Shown here piece by piece: positions 22,885 through 34,847 of a DNA stretch of 64,000 nt. The stretch covers positions 640,001 through 704,000 of the forward strand of contig CBDAOC010000020.1 of the NCBI GenBank assembly GCA_965197925.1, in the 5' to 3' direction. This stretch comes from Nitrososphaerales archaeon (GTDB lineage: Archaea > Thermoproteota > Nitrososphaeria > Nitrososphaerales > UBA213). The position numbers and the translations under genes are program-made. The notes under the pieces are model-generated. The model did no database searches, was not told the origin of the DNA, and saw nothing but the letters and a program-made list of their open reading frames with translations. The first letter of the stretch is position 1, and each line of letters starts with the position of its first letter.

Positions 22885-23643
22885 ATGTCGTTAAGACATA
22901 AAATTGCTATAGTTACAGGGGCGAGCGGTGGTATAGGTGAGGCCACGGCAAAGCTTTTTGCCAAAGAAGGAGCTAGTGTCGCCCTTGTAGCCAGGAATTT
23001 AAAAAATCTAAACAGAATAGTTTCAGAATTGAAAAAAAAAGGCAAAAAGGTTGCAGCCGTACAAGGTGATATATCGGATGAAAATGAGGTACAGAATATT
23101 GTTGAACAGACCATTCGCCACTTCGGCAGAATAGATGTTCTGATAAATAACGCGGGCGTGATTAATGATCCCGTCCCCTTTCATACAATGTCAGACAAGG
23201 TAATCCACGAACTGGTTGATACCAACATGATAGGCACTTTTAGGATGACGAGAGCAGTGCTTCCAACAATGCTTGAACAAAAGAATGGAGTTATTGTTAA
23301 CATTGCTTCGGTAGCGGGCATAAAGGGTGTAGAGAAGGTTCCTTTGGCGGTATACAACGCCTCCAAAGCCGGAGTTATAATGTTCACAAAAAGTATAGCA
23401 TTGGAATATGGGCGGTATAATGTGAGGGCTAATTGTGTGTGTCCTGGTACGGTTAAAGGTCCCTTCCTCCAACCATACTTAGATGATGACAAAGCAAGGC
23501 AGGTACTCAATTCAATGCAGCCTTTAGGAAGAATAGGAGAGCCAGAAGATGTTGCGCAAGCTATACTTTACCTCACTTCAGAAACATCTAGCTGGGTTAC
23601 TGGTTCGGTTCTTGTTGTCGATGGTGGAATAATGACGAAATAA
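22885..23643 (+). CDS. Short-chain dehydrogenase/reductase (FabG-like)
   Basis: TGASGGIG, NNAG and YNASK. Confidence 0.93.
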   Translation: MSLRHKIAIVTGASGGIGEATAKLFAKEGASVALVARNLKNLNRIVSELKKKGKKVAAVQGDISDENEVQNIVEQTIRHFGRIDVLINNAGVINDPVPFHTMSDKVIHELVDTNMIGTFRMTRAVLPTMLEQKNGVIVNIASVAGIKGVEKVPLAVYNASKAGVIMFTKSIALEYGRYNVRANCVCPGTVKGPFLQPYLDDDKARQVLNSMQPLGRIGEPEDVAQAILYLTSETSSWVTGSVLVVDGGIMTK

Positions 23644-23920
23644 CCCCTATTTTATTTATACAGGTGGCAAGCAATAATCATGTTGGATATAAATTCCGTA
23701 GATACTTGATTATTGATTAGAACAATAATGTATTATACTCCTGAATTTTCTGAAATAAGGATCAAATCTATATTGCATCCAATGATGTAAAATTTAGATT
23801 TAACATATTTATCCGCCGACATATCTTTTCCTCTGATATCAAAATTACACTTACCTTATTATGCCAAATTCTATAACATCAATAGTAAGTATGGTAAGAA
23901 TGTTAGTACAATAAAGTTAT

Positions 23921-24794
23921 CAACTCATCTCAAAACTAACCATTTAGACAATTTTTAGCGACCATTTAGATCCATGAATAGCGACATCTAAAATTATTTT
24001 ATGAAATTCCAAGAATTATCAGACAAACAGTGGAGTATGATGGAATCACACATACCACCACATGCAAAAACTGGCAGGCCTAGAGATGATGATAGAAAAA
24101 TCATTAACGGAATAATCCATGTTCTAACTACTGGATGCCGATGGGACGATATGCCAAAAAGATATGGTGATGATTCTACTGCAAACAGAAGGTTAAACAA
24201 ATGGCAACAAAAAGGAATCTGGAAAAAGATTCTATCACGTACTATTCACTCAGCACATAAATCTGGCAAAATTAATCTGCAAAAAATATCAGTTGACTCT
24301 TCATCCATTCCTGATAAAAAAGGGGCAATGTAACTGGATATAATGGATTCAAGAGAATAACAGGTACAAAAATACATGCCGCAGTAGAGAGTAACGGATT
24401 TCCAATATCCATACTGTTGAGTCCAGCAAATGAACATGACAGTACAAAATGCATGGATGTTACAGGATCAATTTCAGACTATCTTGATGATGATTCAATA
24501 CAACAGATAGAATCAGTTTATGCAGACAAAATGATGCAAAATACATCAGAATGTATTTGTGGGATAGAAATATTGCATGTTGCATCCCATACAAAATAAA
24601 TCCCAAGTTCATCTTGCAAAATAATGATTGCAAACATTACAGCAAGACAAGATTTGTAGTTGAGAGATTCCTTGCATGGCTCAAGAATGGATTTCACAGA
24701 ACAAGAACCAGGTATGAAAGAACGGCAGAAAACTACCTGGCATTTGTTAATCCTGCATCATTTTTGATGTATTGTAGGGTTTTGAGATGAGTTG
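23921..24794 (+). mobile_element. IS5 group 2 copy E
   Basis: TIR CAACTCATCTCAAAAC at both ends, 2-bp AT duplication. orfA 24001-24333 ends at AAAAAAGGGG. orfB is frameshifted at the ADKGYD motif. Confidence 0.95.
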
Positions 24795-25235
24795 ATGATA
24801 AAGAAGATATTAGTACCAATAGATGCCTCGAATTTCTCCATCGGTGCTGCAAATTACGCTATAGATTTAGCCAAACCACATAATGCTACTATTTTTTTGA
24901 TTCATGTTGTGGAGATGCACCCTTACTATTCGCTTATAACTTATCCAACTACTGGAGCAGATAAAGCTCCTGAAAAAGATATTAAGCGAGTAATGAAAAA
25001 TTGGTTTACGAAGATTGAAGAATCCGCTAGGAAACAAAATGTCAATATAAAATATGATATCCTATTCCGTAGAGTTTCGGTTATAGGTTCGATACTGTCC
25101 TACGCTGAAGATAATAAGATCGATATCATCGTCATTGGTACCAGGGGACTCACTGGATTCAAAAGATTACTGGTTGGGAGTGTTGTGCGAGGAGTAATTG
25201 ATCATGCCCGCTGTCCTGTCTTACTCGTAAGATAG
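24795..25235 (+). CDS. Universal stress protein
   Basis: KKILVPIDAS, DIIVIGTRGLTG..RLLVGSV and ARCPVLLVR. Confidence 0.93.
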   Translation: MIKKILVPIDASNFSIGAANYAIDLAKPHNATIFLIHVVEMHPYYSLITYPTTGADKAPEKDIKRVMKNWFTKIEESARKQNVNIKYDILFRRVSVIGSILSYAEDNKIDIIVIGTRGLTGFKRLLVGSVVRGVIDHARCPVLLVR

Positions 25236-25236
25236 T

Positions 25237-26116
25237 GAAGTCATCCCAATACTCTCCAATACATCATAATCGACGAAATGATAACAAATGCCAGATAGTT
25301 TTGTGCATTCTTCTCATATCTGATCCTGGTTCTGTGGAACCCATTCTTCAACCAGGCAAAGAATCTCTCCACAACATAGCGCGTCTTGCCGTATAGGTAT
25401 TGTTCTGTATTATCATTTTGTTGTTGTGTCTTACTGTTTTTTCTGTAAGGCATGCAGTCAGAGATTTTTCTTTTGGTGAGGTATTTCCTGATGAATTCTG
25501 CATCATAGCCCTTGTCTGCTTGGCACCGCGCAATTTTTCTGATAGATCTCTCATCCAGATATTGTGAGATGCCATCCATCACGTCTACAAATCTTGCAGA
25601 GTCATGCTGATTTGCAGGACCCATCACTACTGAGACTGGCAGTCCGTTTTGTTCCACCGCAACGTGTATTTTTGTGCCTGAAATCCTGTTGAATCCGTTG
25701 TATCCTATGACGCTTCCCCTTTTTTGGCCGGAACTGATGACGAATCGACCGTTTTTTGCAGCTGCATCTTGCCTGATCTGTGGGCTGATTTGACTGCAGC
25801 GGAGAGGATATTCTTCCATATTCCACGTCGCTGCCAGTTCTGCAGTCTGCGGTGCGCAGTTGATTTGGAGCCGTACCTTTGTGACATCCCAGTCCACCTG
25901 CATCCTGTTATCCCGACAAACAGGATTCCGTTGACTGTCTTTCTGTCGTCTGCCCTTGGCCTTCCGGTTCTGGCTGGCTTGGGGAGATGCGGTGATATCA
26001 TCTTCCATTGTTCACCTGTTATCTCCTGAAATTTCATGATCTGCTACGGGCAGCATTGCAAATAGATCCAAATGATCGTCAATTATTCACTAAATGATCA
26101 GTTTTGGGATCAGTTG
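25237..26116 (-). mobile_element. IS5 group 2 relative F, apparently intact orfA/orfB transposase
   Basis: TIRs GAAGTCATCCCAATAC / GTTTTGGGATCAGTTG with GT on both flanks. orfA 25705-26037. The -1 frame is open from AAAAAAGGGG through ADKGYD and RYVVERFFAWLK to the stop at 25241. Visibly more GC-rich than the host DNA. Confidence 0.93.
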
Positions 26117-26427
26117 GTAGATACATTCTAAGTGTGGATATACTCTAAGATAGAATCCTTCATGAAGCCATTCCACAAACTTTCTGTAGCTCTTCCCTTG
26201 ATACTGTCTTAGCATTAGAAGGATAAGGTGTTGCCATACAGTATGCATATGGTTTATCTTCCTGTGCATGTAGAGCGATACTCTAGCCCTTATCAAGACA
26301 TTAAGTATTGCTTTTGAAAGTTTGCAGTATCTAGATTCCCAAGCATGGGCATGATAGGTATCCAACGATTGATCTTACGATGTAATTCTATATTCAATAA
26401 GCTACAATCTATGGTTTCTACAGAGTC
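26117..26427 (-). mobile_element. 5' remnant of IS (group 4, IS5-like DDE)
   Basis: HTVWQHLILLMLRQYQGKSYRKFVEWL. End sequence GGTTTCTACAGAGTC. Homologous to 53467-54433. Confidence 0.85.
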
Positions 26428-26476
26428 TTGATCTTCAAATGTTTTTATAACGTTATTAGTACCATATTCATGTTAA

Positions 26477-26749
26477 ATGAATAATTACTATCTAAGAATG
26501 ATAATGTGGATGGCTGTTACTGCTGCGTTAAGCTTCTTTTTAATTCGTTTCTTTGGTCTGATAATAGGCTTGGCACTTTCATTTGGGATATTCATTCTCA
26601 TGAACATAATGGTAAGAAAAAGAGCATTTAGAACGAGTTTGGGGGGGGCTGCTAGTGGTTTAACATATAGGTGTATTGTTTGTGATCATCGGTTCAGGGG
26701 AGGAATTTGTCCAAGGTGCGGTTCTAAGATGAGGAAAGCAGAATTTTGA
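26477..26749 (+). CDS. Small 2-TM protein with C-terminal Zn ribbon
   Basis: Two TM helices followed by YRCIVC...CPRCGSK. Confidence 0.75.
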   Translation: MNNYYLRMIMWMAVTAALSFFLIRFFGLIIGLALSFGIFILMNIMVRKRAFRTSLGGAASGLTYRCIVCDHRFRGGICPRCGSKMRKAEF

Positions 26750-27262
26750 CTTGTTAGAATTGACGAAATGACTATTGCGAGTATGGTCCCCATGTTCTCC
26801 TCAGATCTTGAATATGTGCTCCAGAAAAATTAATTTAGAATAGCTAGTTTCGATTTATTGCTGAATTTTGAAACTTTATGAAATGATGAGTTTTTGGAAA
26901 AAAAATCATCGGATAAAGAAACTTTATCGGAAGATTTCAACAATACGATTTTTTTTCCTAACCTCAAGCTACGGTGAAATAAAGTCTACGATCTTTCTTT
27001 CCCTGGTTTTCAGCCTTTAGTAATCGTACCTGCACAATCTCTCTCAAACTGCCAACGTGAGTACTGCCATCCGCCCGTATATCTAGATCTTTTATTTCAA
27101 GAACCCCCAAAATCTCAACATTAGGAATTGTAGCGTGTACAAGCTTCACTACGGCAGAGATTTTTAGGGCTTGTCTATTCATAAAATATGTTTTTATACT
27201 GGGATCATTTTGCACAAATTAATTGACTTGCCTATAGAACTCTTCGGCCATGGTTCTGTTAC

Positions 27263-27604
27263 TTCTGAAGAGTTGTATAATGTGGGACTAACTGTAGATA
27301 CATTCTAAGTGTGGATATACTCTAAGATAGAATCCTTCATGAAGCCATTCCACAAACTTTCTGTAGCTCTTCCCTTGATACTGTCTTAGCATTAGAAGGA
27401 TAAGGTGTTGCCATACAGTATGCATATGGTTTATCTTCCTGTGCATGTAGAGCGATACTCTAGCCCTTATCAAGACATTAAGTATTGCTTTTGAAAGTTT
27501 GCAGTATCTAGATTCCCAAGCATGGGCATGAATGGCACGGAACACATTGTCTAATGATGTAATTTAGTATACAATAGGTTAAAATTCATGTCTTCTACAG
27601 AGCC
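27263..27604 (-). mobile_element. 5' remnant of IS (group 4)
   Basis: About 236 bp identical to 26117-26352. End sequence GTCTTCTACAGAGCC. Confidence 0.85.
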
Positions 27605-27855
27605 ATTATCATGAAAATTCTATATTGGATAAATTTAGTATATTTGAAAATTCAGATAAAGTGGAGATATCAAAATAATATTATCATCAGATAGATCTGA
27701 TCAAAGTTGCAGTCAAATTTAAAGAAACTTCTATTATTGTTGTGTGGGAATGTCACTAGCATCCATAATCCTTATGCATGATCTAAGCCTGTGTCACCAC
27801 TTGATTCTGGTATTGTAACAAATAGGAGAGTAATGGATGGATGCCACAACATGAA

Positions 27856-29817
27856 TCATCTAAGGACTGATTTCTTCAGATCTTCATAAGCTTTCTTTAC
27901 TTCCTCTATAGCTGAGCCATCCTCAAGAGTTGTTATATCACCAATCACTGACTCGCTCACTACAGCTTTAATCAATCTTCGCATTATCTTCCCGCTTCTG
28001 GTTTTCGGTAATTTATTTACAAAATAGATCTCTTCTGGTGTAGCAATTGGTCCTACCTCATTTCTAATGTGCTCGATAAGTTCTTCCTTCAATTTTTTAT
28101 TCGCAGTGTAGCCTGTTCGTAGAACCAAAAATACTACTACACTTTCTCCTTTTATATTATGTGGTTTACCTCCAACAGCGGCCTCTGCAACTGCCTTGTG
28201 TGCGACTAATACGCTTTCGAGCTCCATAGTTCCGAGTCTGTGTCCCGCAACCTTTAGAACATCATCTGCACGACCCAACAACCACAGATATCCATCATCA
28301 TCTATTAGAGCATAATCACCAGGGTAGTACAAGTTGTGAAACCTTGACCAATAGACCTGTTTGTATTTTTCATCATCCTTCCACAATGTAAGCAACATGC
28401 CAGGCCAAGGTTTTCTTATTGCTAGATAGCCCTTCGTGTTTGGAGAAACTTCCTCACCATTTTCGTCAACAACACAAGCGTCTATCCCAGGTATTGGAAA
28501 GGTTCCGGACCCAGGCTTCATTGGAACTAATTCTATCCCAGGAACACCACTAATCAATGCTGCTCCAGTTTCTGTCTGCCACCAAGTATCTACGACTGGA
28601 CAATTTTCATTCCCAATGGTTTTGTAGTACCAATGCCATACTTCTGGATTTATAGACTCGCCAACCGTACCGAGTAAGCGTAACGAACTCAAGTCATATG
28701 CTTTTGGATATTGATCTCCAAGACGCATGAACATCCTTAGAGCAGTAGGTGTTGTGTATAAAATACTGACTTTGTAACTTTCAATGATATTCCACCACCT
28801 ATCTGGTTTTGGAAAATCTGGAGCACCCTCATACATGACTGAAGTTGCTCCATGTAACATAGGCCCATACACAATGTATGTATGCCCAGTAATCCATCCT
28901 ATATCAGCGGTGCACCAATATACATCAATAGGCTTAATGTCGAAGATCCATTTTGTAGTGGCATGGACAAAAGTCAGATACCCACCAGTCCCATGCATAA
29001 TACCCTTTGGTTTACCTGTTGTTCCTGAAGTGTATAATATGAATAATGGATGTGTGCTTTCGAGCTTTTCTGGTTCGCAGTAATCATCGGCATCATTAAT
29101 AATATCATTCCATTTTTTATCAATTGGATTCATAACAACATCGATATTCATCCTGTTGAATGTAATAACGTTCTTCACGCTGCTGCATGATCTTACAGCA
29201 TCATCAACAACTTCTTTCAGTTTAATTGACTTGCCCCTCCTGTAACCTGCATCTGCAGTTATCACAACTTTAGATTGTGAATCATTAACCCTATCTGCTA
29301 TAGCTTTTGCGCTGAATCCTGAGAATATTACTGAATGTGTTACACCCAGTCTTGCACATGCAAGCATAGCAATCGGAAGTTCAGGGATCATAGGTAAGTA
29401 AAAGGTAACCCTATCACCCTTTCCTATACCTAACTTTTTCAAACCATTTGCAAGTCTGTTTACCAGTTTATACAGATTATAATATGTCAATTTCCTTCTC
29501 TCCCCATTCTCGCCTTCCCATAGTATAGCAATTTTATTCTTCACGTCAGTTTGCATATGTTTATCCAAGATATTGTATGATGCGTTGATTAAGCCGCCTA
29601 CGAACCACTTCGCAAATGGAGGATTCCACTCAAGAACATTGTTCCATGATTTGTCCCATGTTAAGTAATTGGCCTGTTGTTCCCAAAACTTTTCTGGATC
29701 TTTTAGTGCATTTTTTCTGAATTCCATTAATTTTCTACCATCACCAGATCCTTTTGTAATTCTTAGTCTCATACTTTTCTCGTAAAGTTTTACAGGTTTA
29801 GAATCAGCGGTAGACAT
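27856..29817 (-). CDS. acs: Acetyl-CoA synthetase (AMP-forming)
   Basis: ILYTSGTTGKPKG, DTWWQTETG, GRADDV and LPKTRSGKIMRR. Confidence 0.96.
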   Translation of the reverse strand: MSTADSKPVKLYEKSMRLRITKGSGDGRKLMEFRKNALKDPEKFWEQQANYLTWDKSWNNVLEWNPPFAKWFVGGLINASYNILDKHMQTDVKNKIAILWEGENGERRKLTYYNLYKLVNRLANGLKKLGIGKGDRVTFYLPMIPELPIAMLACARLGVTHSVIFSGFSAKAIADRVNDSQSKVVITADAGYRRGKSIKLKEVVDDAVRSCSSVKNVITFNRMNIDVVMNPIDKKWNDIINDADDYCEPEKLESTHPLFILYTSGTTGKPKGIMHGTGGYLTFVHATTKWIFDIKPIDVYWCTADIGWITGHTYIVYGPMLHGATSVMYEGAPDFPKPDRWWNIIESYKVSILYTTPTALRMFMRLGDQYPKAYDLSSLRLLGTVGESINPEVWHWYYKTIGNENCPVVDTWWQTETGAALISGVPGIELVPMKPGSGTFPIPGIDACVVDENGEEVSPNTKGYLAIRKPWPGMLLTLWKDDEKYKQVYWSRFHNLYYPGDYALIDDDGYLWLLGRADDVLKVAGHRLGTMELESVLVAHKAVAEAAVGGKPHNIKGESVVVFLVLRTGYTANKKLKEELIEHIRNEVGPIATPEEIYFVNKLPKTRSGKIMRRLIKAVVSESVIGDITTLEDGSAIEEVKKAYEDLKKSVLR

Positions 29818-29924
29818 AGAAAATTGTTTTATAGTAATTCATAATAAATTTTTTGTATATATTCGAACACAGGGGCTGGTAATTCACAGAATTCTTAAAT
29901 TACTAGTATGTTATTTGTCTCTAG

Positions 29925-31559
29925 ATGGATTTTATTACCGAAGAATATAGCGAGGAAGAGAAACTAATTCTCAAGAAACACTTTTCCAATGTTGATAAGC
30001 CCATTTTCGCAATTTTGACGTCCAGACAGGTTGATCGTGGTGCTCTCATGTCAAGATATAGCAGATCCAACAAAGGCATGCGTCGAATATTCCTAGACGA
30101 GTTTCTAAAAAACCCCGACCGTGGTGAAGAATTCTACAACAGGGTGTTGCTGGAATATGGGGATGACTCCGTTGCTGAACTCGGTGAAGCACAGATCGCA
30201 ATGGAAAGTATCTCTAACATTGCTACACAGAAGATTGAAGATAGAAGAATCGGACTATCATTTTTAGAAAAATCATCAAGGTATGTTACCTTCGACCAGA
30301 AACTGAATGGTAGGTACCAATATTACCGTGATTCTGTCATAACGAATTCACAATTTGCTGACAAATACATTGAAGCATGTGAGCTCGATTTCAACACCTA
30401 CCATAAATATCTAGATGATATGATAAAGTACGTTCAAGAGAAAGAACCTATAGGTTCTATGGCGTTCAGGGATAGCGGATCCAAAAGGGAAGTTCCCTTT
30501 GGTAATCTCAAAAGCCAGAATGATATTGATTCTGCAAAACGAATCTATACAGCTACTACTAAAGCAAAAGGGCTCGATATCCTTCGATCACTCTTACCTG
30601 CATCTACACTTACTAATGTGGGTATAACTGGAAATGGTAGGGCGTTTGAATATCTATTATCAATTCTTTATAGATCAGAACTAGAAGAGGAGAGGAATAT
30701 TGCTAAGTTGTTGCATGAAGAACTTAATCTAGTTATACCTCCTTTTATTAAGAGAGCTACGGATAATTACGGAAGAGCATTACAAGAATACTTTAGCAAA
30801 ACGGAAGGTGCAATAAGATTATTAGTTAAGAAATACTTAGGTAGCATACCTTTACATCCTGTAGAACCTGTCTCTTTGATAGAGTATGAAGATAATGAAA
30901 AGGCAGAAATAAAAACAGTAGCAGCAATTCTCTATGAACAGGCGAAAGGTCACTCCCTTGCACAGATAAAGGAAATTACAAAGTCTATGTCAGAAGAAGA
31001 GAGAAAAAAGATAATTGATGTCTACACTTCTCATAGAATGAACAGGAGACACAGACCGGGTAGAGCCTTTGAAGTAATCGATTATACGTTTGATTTGTTT
31101 ACAAATTTTGGAATGTTCAGGGATTTTCATAGACACAGAATCCTTACGCTAGCGAGGCAATTATTAACAACCAAACATTCCTACTGCGTACCCACCGAAG
31201 TTATTGACCTCGGAATAAAAAAGGAATTTGACGATTGTATGTATAAAACAAATGAAGTATACGAGCAGATGACCGGAAAATTTCCCTATCAAGCACAATA
31301 TCTAGTGAACTTTGCCTATCGTTATCCTTACTTCATGAAGATGAATTTGAGGGAAGCATGTCACTTGATAGAGTTGCGTACTGTTCCTCAAGGACATCCC
31401 GATTATAGGAAGGTTGCACAGAAGATGTATTATGCGATAGAAAGTGTGCATCCGGACTTGGCAAGAGGAATACGCTTTGTAAATCTACAGGATTATTTGT
31501 TGGAACGGTTACCAGCTGAAAAGAAGACTGAAATGAAAAGGCAAGACTTGGGCATTTAG
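29925..31559 (+). CDS. thyX: FAD-dependent thymidylate synthase, tandem two-domain form
   Basis: [35 protein letters not shown] and [13 protein letters not shown]. Confidence 0.9.
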   Translation: MDFITEEYSEEEKLILKKHFSNVDKPIFAILTSRQVDRGALMSRYSRSNKGMRRIFLDEFLKNPDRGEEFYNRVLLEYGDDSVAELGEAQIAMESISNIATQKIEDRRIGLSFLEKSSRYVTFDQKLNGRYQYYRDSVITNSQFADKYIEACELDFNTYHKYLDDMIKYVQEKEPIGSMAFRDSGSKREVPFGNLKSQNDIDSAKRIYTATTKAKGLDILRSLLPASTLTNVGITGNGRAFEYLLSILYRSELEEERNIAKLLHEELNLVIPPFIKRATDNYGRALQEYFSKTEGAIRLLVKKYLGSIPLHPVEPVSLIEYEDNEKAEIKTVAAILYEQAKGHSLAQIKEITKSMSEEERKKIIDVYTSHRMNRRHRPGRAFEVIDYTFDLFTNFGMFRDFHRHRILTLARQLLTTKHSYCVPTEVIDLGIKKEFDDCMYKTNEVYEQMTGKFPYQAQYLVNFAYRYPYFMKMNLREACHLIELRTVPQGHPDYRKVAQKMYYAIESVHPDLARGIRFVNLQDYLLERLPAEKKTEMKRQDLGI

Positions 31560-32581
31560 CTGAACCACTGTTCTAGCGTCTGATTACGCGTAGTACTAGC
31601 TTTCTTCAATTTCTGCAATGCAGAGCTGATTCTCTCTTCGGAAAAGTTTCTTTCTCTACATAGGAACTGTATTATCTCCTTACTATCTGGTTCTTTAAAA
31701 TCGAGATTCTCTATACTCACAACTGTTGGTTGAAGAAATATTTTACGTATATTTTCATATTCAATTTCGTTCAACTTTTCCTTCATATCAGGTATATCTT
31801 CCAGCCTACCACACTCCCTAATCATCTTAAGCGCTTTTTTGGATCCTATGCCTCTGAAGCCATCTGGATTGAAATCTGTGCCAATAAGAATGCCTATATC
31901 TACAAATTGTTCCCTACTTATTTCAAGGGTTTGAAGGATCTTTTCAAGAGTCATAACTTCTGGTTCAACATTTATGAATATTTGTTTATTCGGAAGTTTC
32001 CTTCTTCCACTTATTGTCAAGTTTCTGATCAAGTGCTTTGCCCCGAATAATAATGAATCAAAATCTTGACTGGCAGCCGCATACGCTTTTCCATTGATTG
32101 TCAAATTAGCTGCTGTAGCTTCCCCCTCAGAAGGAGCGTCTATAAATAATATCCCTAATGAATCTAGTAACCTTTTCGCATCATCGATCATGTAATCCTG
32201 TATAACGGAAGTAAATTGAGCATACTTCCTGGCCTCTTCCAGCTTTCCCAGTTGCAAGGCTTTCACGTACTTTACGGTAGCTTCGCGTTTTACCTGCCTT
32301 CTTCTTTCTATTTCAGCATACTTAAGTGACGGCGGTTTACCATCGAAAACATAAAGTGGAACCATACCCATTGATAAAAGGTTAACATTACGATAGAACA
32401 ATCCACTCAAATGACTTGTAACCTTACCTGAACCGTCTGTAAGATGCTCGCCTTGATATCCCCTAATTATTGCAAGGAATTGATAGATCGCGTTGTAGGC
32501 ATCTATGGCTATAACCTTGTTCGCTAACTCTTCAAGTTTTATATGAACAGGTTCCAAAAGTGGCTTTATATCTAAACCCAT
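31556..32581 (-). CDS. fen: Flap endonuclease 1
   Basis: [37 protein letters not shown] and PIP box QTLEQWF. Confidence 0.97.
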   Translation of the reverse strand: MGLDIKPLLEPVHIKLEELANKVIAIDAYNAIYQFLAIIRGYQGEHLTDGSGKVTSHLSGLFYRNVNLLSMGMVPLYVFDGKPPSLKYAEIERRRQVKREATVKYVKALQLGKLEEARKYAQFTSVIQDYMIDDAKRLLDSLGILFIDAPSEGEATAANLTINGKAYAAASQDFDSLLFGAKHLIRNLTISGRRKLPNKQIFINVEPEVMTLEKILQTLEISREQFVDIGILIGTDFNPDGFRGIGSKKALKMIRECGRLEDIPDMKEKLNEIEYENIRKIFLQPTVVSIENLDFKEPDSKEIIQFLCRERNFSEERISSALQKLKKASTTRNQTLEQWFS

Positions 32582-32900
32582 AATTGTAACTCAGTATTAA
32601 CAAAGATTTACATCTTTCGTAATACTAATGAAAATTTTACATTGAATCAAAAGAAAATTAATAAGCTTTATCACTGTTAATTTTTTCAAAATGTATAGAT
32701 CTTTTCCTTTAGTATAATGTCTAATTCAAGTCCAGATGTACATTTTCTTGACTTTGCAGATTCTTGCGATAATTCAATACCTCTGATTTTTCCTTGGTGT
32801 TGGAATCAGGGAACAAATTAACCACACATAAGTAAACTTGATTAAGATTAAACCTAAGATAATTCTCTTTCAGTGACATCCCGATATTGTTTATGGATGT

Positions 32901-34238
32901 TTAACCCCCTCCTCTTATTTCTCTCGCGAGTTCTTCAGAAGCATTTATCAAGTGTTTAATGTCTTCGTTGTTATGCTCTACTGAGATCGCTCCCAATTTA
33001 TGTGGTAGGAAGAAAATGCCATATTTTGCAATAAGTGCTAAATGATATGCTTTCTGTAGTTTAATATCACATCTGGATGCAGAAATAGAATCTTTGATTT
33101 CATCTATTTCATCAGTTAAGAAGTGTGTAAGAAATAGTGAGCCCATGCCCGTGGTTTTTACTCTCACACCGTTTTCGTTCATGACTTTATCAATGTTCTT
33201 CCTAGCATATTCTCCTTCTTCATCTATCCTTTCATAAATTACTTTTTCATTTTCTATAAGGTGAACCAATGTTGCAAGTCCAGCCGTTATACTTAGAGGG
33301 TTGGCAGAAAATGTCCCTCCTCCAATACTGCATCTCCCAGCCTTTGTCTTCCCAATAGGATTGGAAAATTCCATCACTTCCTCCTTACCGCATAAAACTC
33401 CTATTGGCATTCCTCCACCGACTATCTTGCCTAGAGTAAAGAGATCTGGATCAAGTGAAAATAAATGCTGCGCTCCCCTTAGCGAAAGCCTAAACCCCGT
33501 CACAATTTCATCTAAAATAAATAAAGCATTATGTTTTCTTACGTACTCCTGCAGGCCTTGTAAATAATCTTTATCGGGTGGAATACAGCCAGCTCCGCCA
33601 AGCAATGGTTCTATTATTACACAAGCAAGATCATCTTTAGTACTGTCAAGAATTTTGACTGATTCTTCCAGGTTGTTGAATGGGAGCGAAACAACATGTT
33701 TTTGTTCTTCTGCGAGCAAACCCATGCCCTCTTCTTCATGAAATGGAAAATTGACAGATTTTAATAGGGAAGTATTGAATCCGTGCCAACCACCTTCTAT
33801 CTTGGCAATAACCCTTTTACCTGTAAATGCTCTCGCAAGCCTTACCGCGTGCATAGTAGCTTCAGAACCGGTGCTAGTAAATCGCATCAGTTCTGCTCGA
33901 GGTATCAATTTGTTGATAACATCGGCGAATTGGACGCTGATTTCATTAACAGTTCCAAAGATCGTGCCTTCAGGTACTTTCTGCTTTAGCGCGTCAACAA
34001 CTACTGGTGAAGAGTGTCCAAGGATCAGGCTCCAGTGCCCCATCCAGTAATCAGTGTACTGATTACCGTCTACATCATGCAAATACTTACCCTGTGCTTT
34101 TTGCGTAAAGAATGGATAGGGCTCGAAGAATCTTATGTTGTGATTAATACCTCCTGGAAATCTGTTCTTAGAGCGATCATATAGTGATCTTGACTTCATA
34201 GTCTTTGTTTCGTACATTTTTATGAAACGATGAAGCAT
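32901..34238 (-). CDS. hemL: Glutamate-1-semialdehyde 2,1-aminomutase (class III aminotransferase)
   Basis: TGSEAT, DEIVTGFR, LGKIVGGGMP and GGTFSANP. Confidence 0.85.
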   Translation of the reverse strand: MLHRFIKMYETKTMKSRSLYDRSKNRFPGGINHNIRFFEPYPFFTQKAQGKYLHDVDGNQYTDYWMGHWSLILGHSSPVVVDALKQKVPEGTIFGTVNEISVQFADVINKLIPRAELMRFTSTGSEATMHAVRLARAFTGKRVIAKIEGGWHGFNTSLLKSVNFPFHEEEGMGLLAEEQKHVVSLPFNNLEESVKILDSTKDDLACVIIEPLLGGAGCIPPDKDYLQGLQEYVRKHNALFILDEIVTGFRLSLRGAQHLFSLDPDLFTLGKIVGGGMPIGVLCGKEEVMEFSNPIGKTKAGRCSIGGGTFSANPLSITAGLATLVHLIENEKVIYERIDEEGEYARKNIDKVMNENGVRVKTTGMGSLFLTHFLTDEIDEIKDSISASRCDIKLQKAYHLALIAKYGIFFLPHKLGAISVEHNNEDIKHLINASEELAREIRGGG

Positions 34239-34687
34239 TAGTTAAATGATTTTTTATACATAATATGAGTTTACACAATCTCCTGTTCAACCCATTCGAT
34301 TAATTCGTTCTTTACCTTCTACAGCTACTGATGGATACCAAGAAAAATATCAGTTCAATCATGCCTTAATATTCAGAACTCTATCATGTTGAAGAGCGTG
34401 AGCTTATTAGTGATCTGACGGTGCAATAGAACGCAAATCTTTTCATAAGTTTACATCTAGTGCAAAATAGACTATTTTTTATCTACTCCTCTTCATCTTC
34501 ATGATATTCGCATCAATCACGTGTCTGTTATCAGATATTGTTTTCGTGTATCTAATATGAAAATATTTGTCGTGTACTGTCTTAAGCAAAAATAGAACCC
34601 TGCAGGCTTTTATTTTTGATAGAACAATTTTACTACGTTCCTTAAGATTTAGTAATTCATATATATCATTTTTTAATAAAGTGTACT

Positions 34688-34819
34688 ATGAATCTTAGCG
34701 AAGATGGATATGAACACAAAGGTCAAGTTCAAAAACACACTGCTCTCTGGTTGATTGTAACTGTATTGATTTTGTGTATAACCGTACCTGCACTTCTTCT
34801 CGCGCTTACAATTCATTGA
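34688..34819 (+). CDS. Possible single-TM microprotein (43 aa)
   Basis: MNLSEDGYEHKGQVQKHTALWLIVTVLILCITVPALLLALTIH*. AT-rich TATA-like sequence upstream. Confidence 0.5.
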   Translation: MNLSEDGYEHKGQVQKHTALWLIVTVLILCITVPALLLALTIH

Positions 34820-34831
34820 TGATCTTATTAC

Positions 34832-34847
34832 AGAAGGTTTATATTCA
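34832..34847 (+). promoter_or_regulatory. Probable rRNA operon promoter (BRE-TATA)
   Basis: GAAGGTTTATATT about 200 bp upstream of 16S, followed by a leader closed by TTAGCGTAAC/GTTGCGCTAA. Confidence 0.55.

Noticed and set aside
26964..27215. 83-aa minus-strand ORF next to an IS remnant
   Set aside because: Possibly a gene fragment, but no family could be assigned.
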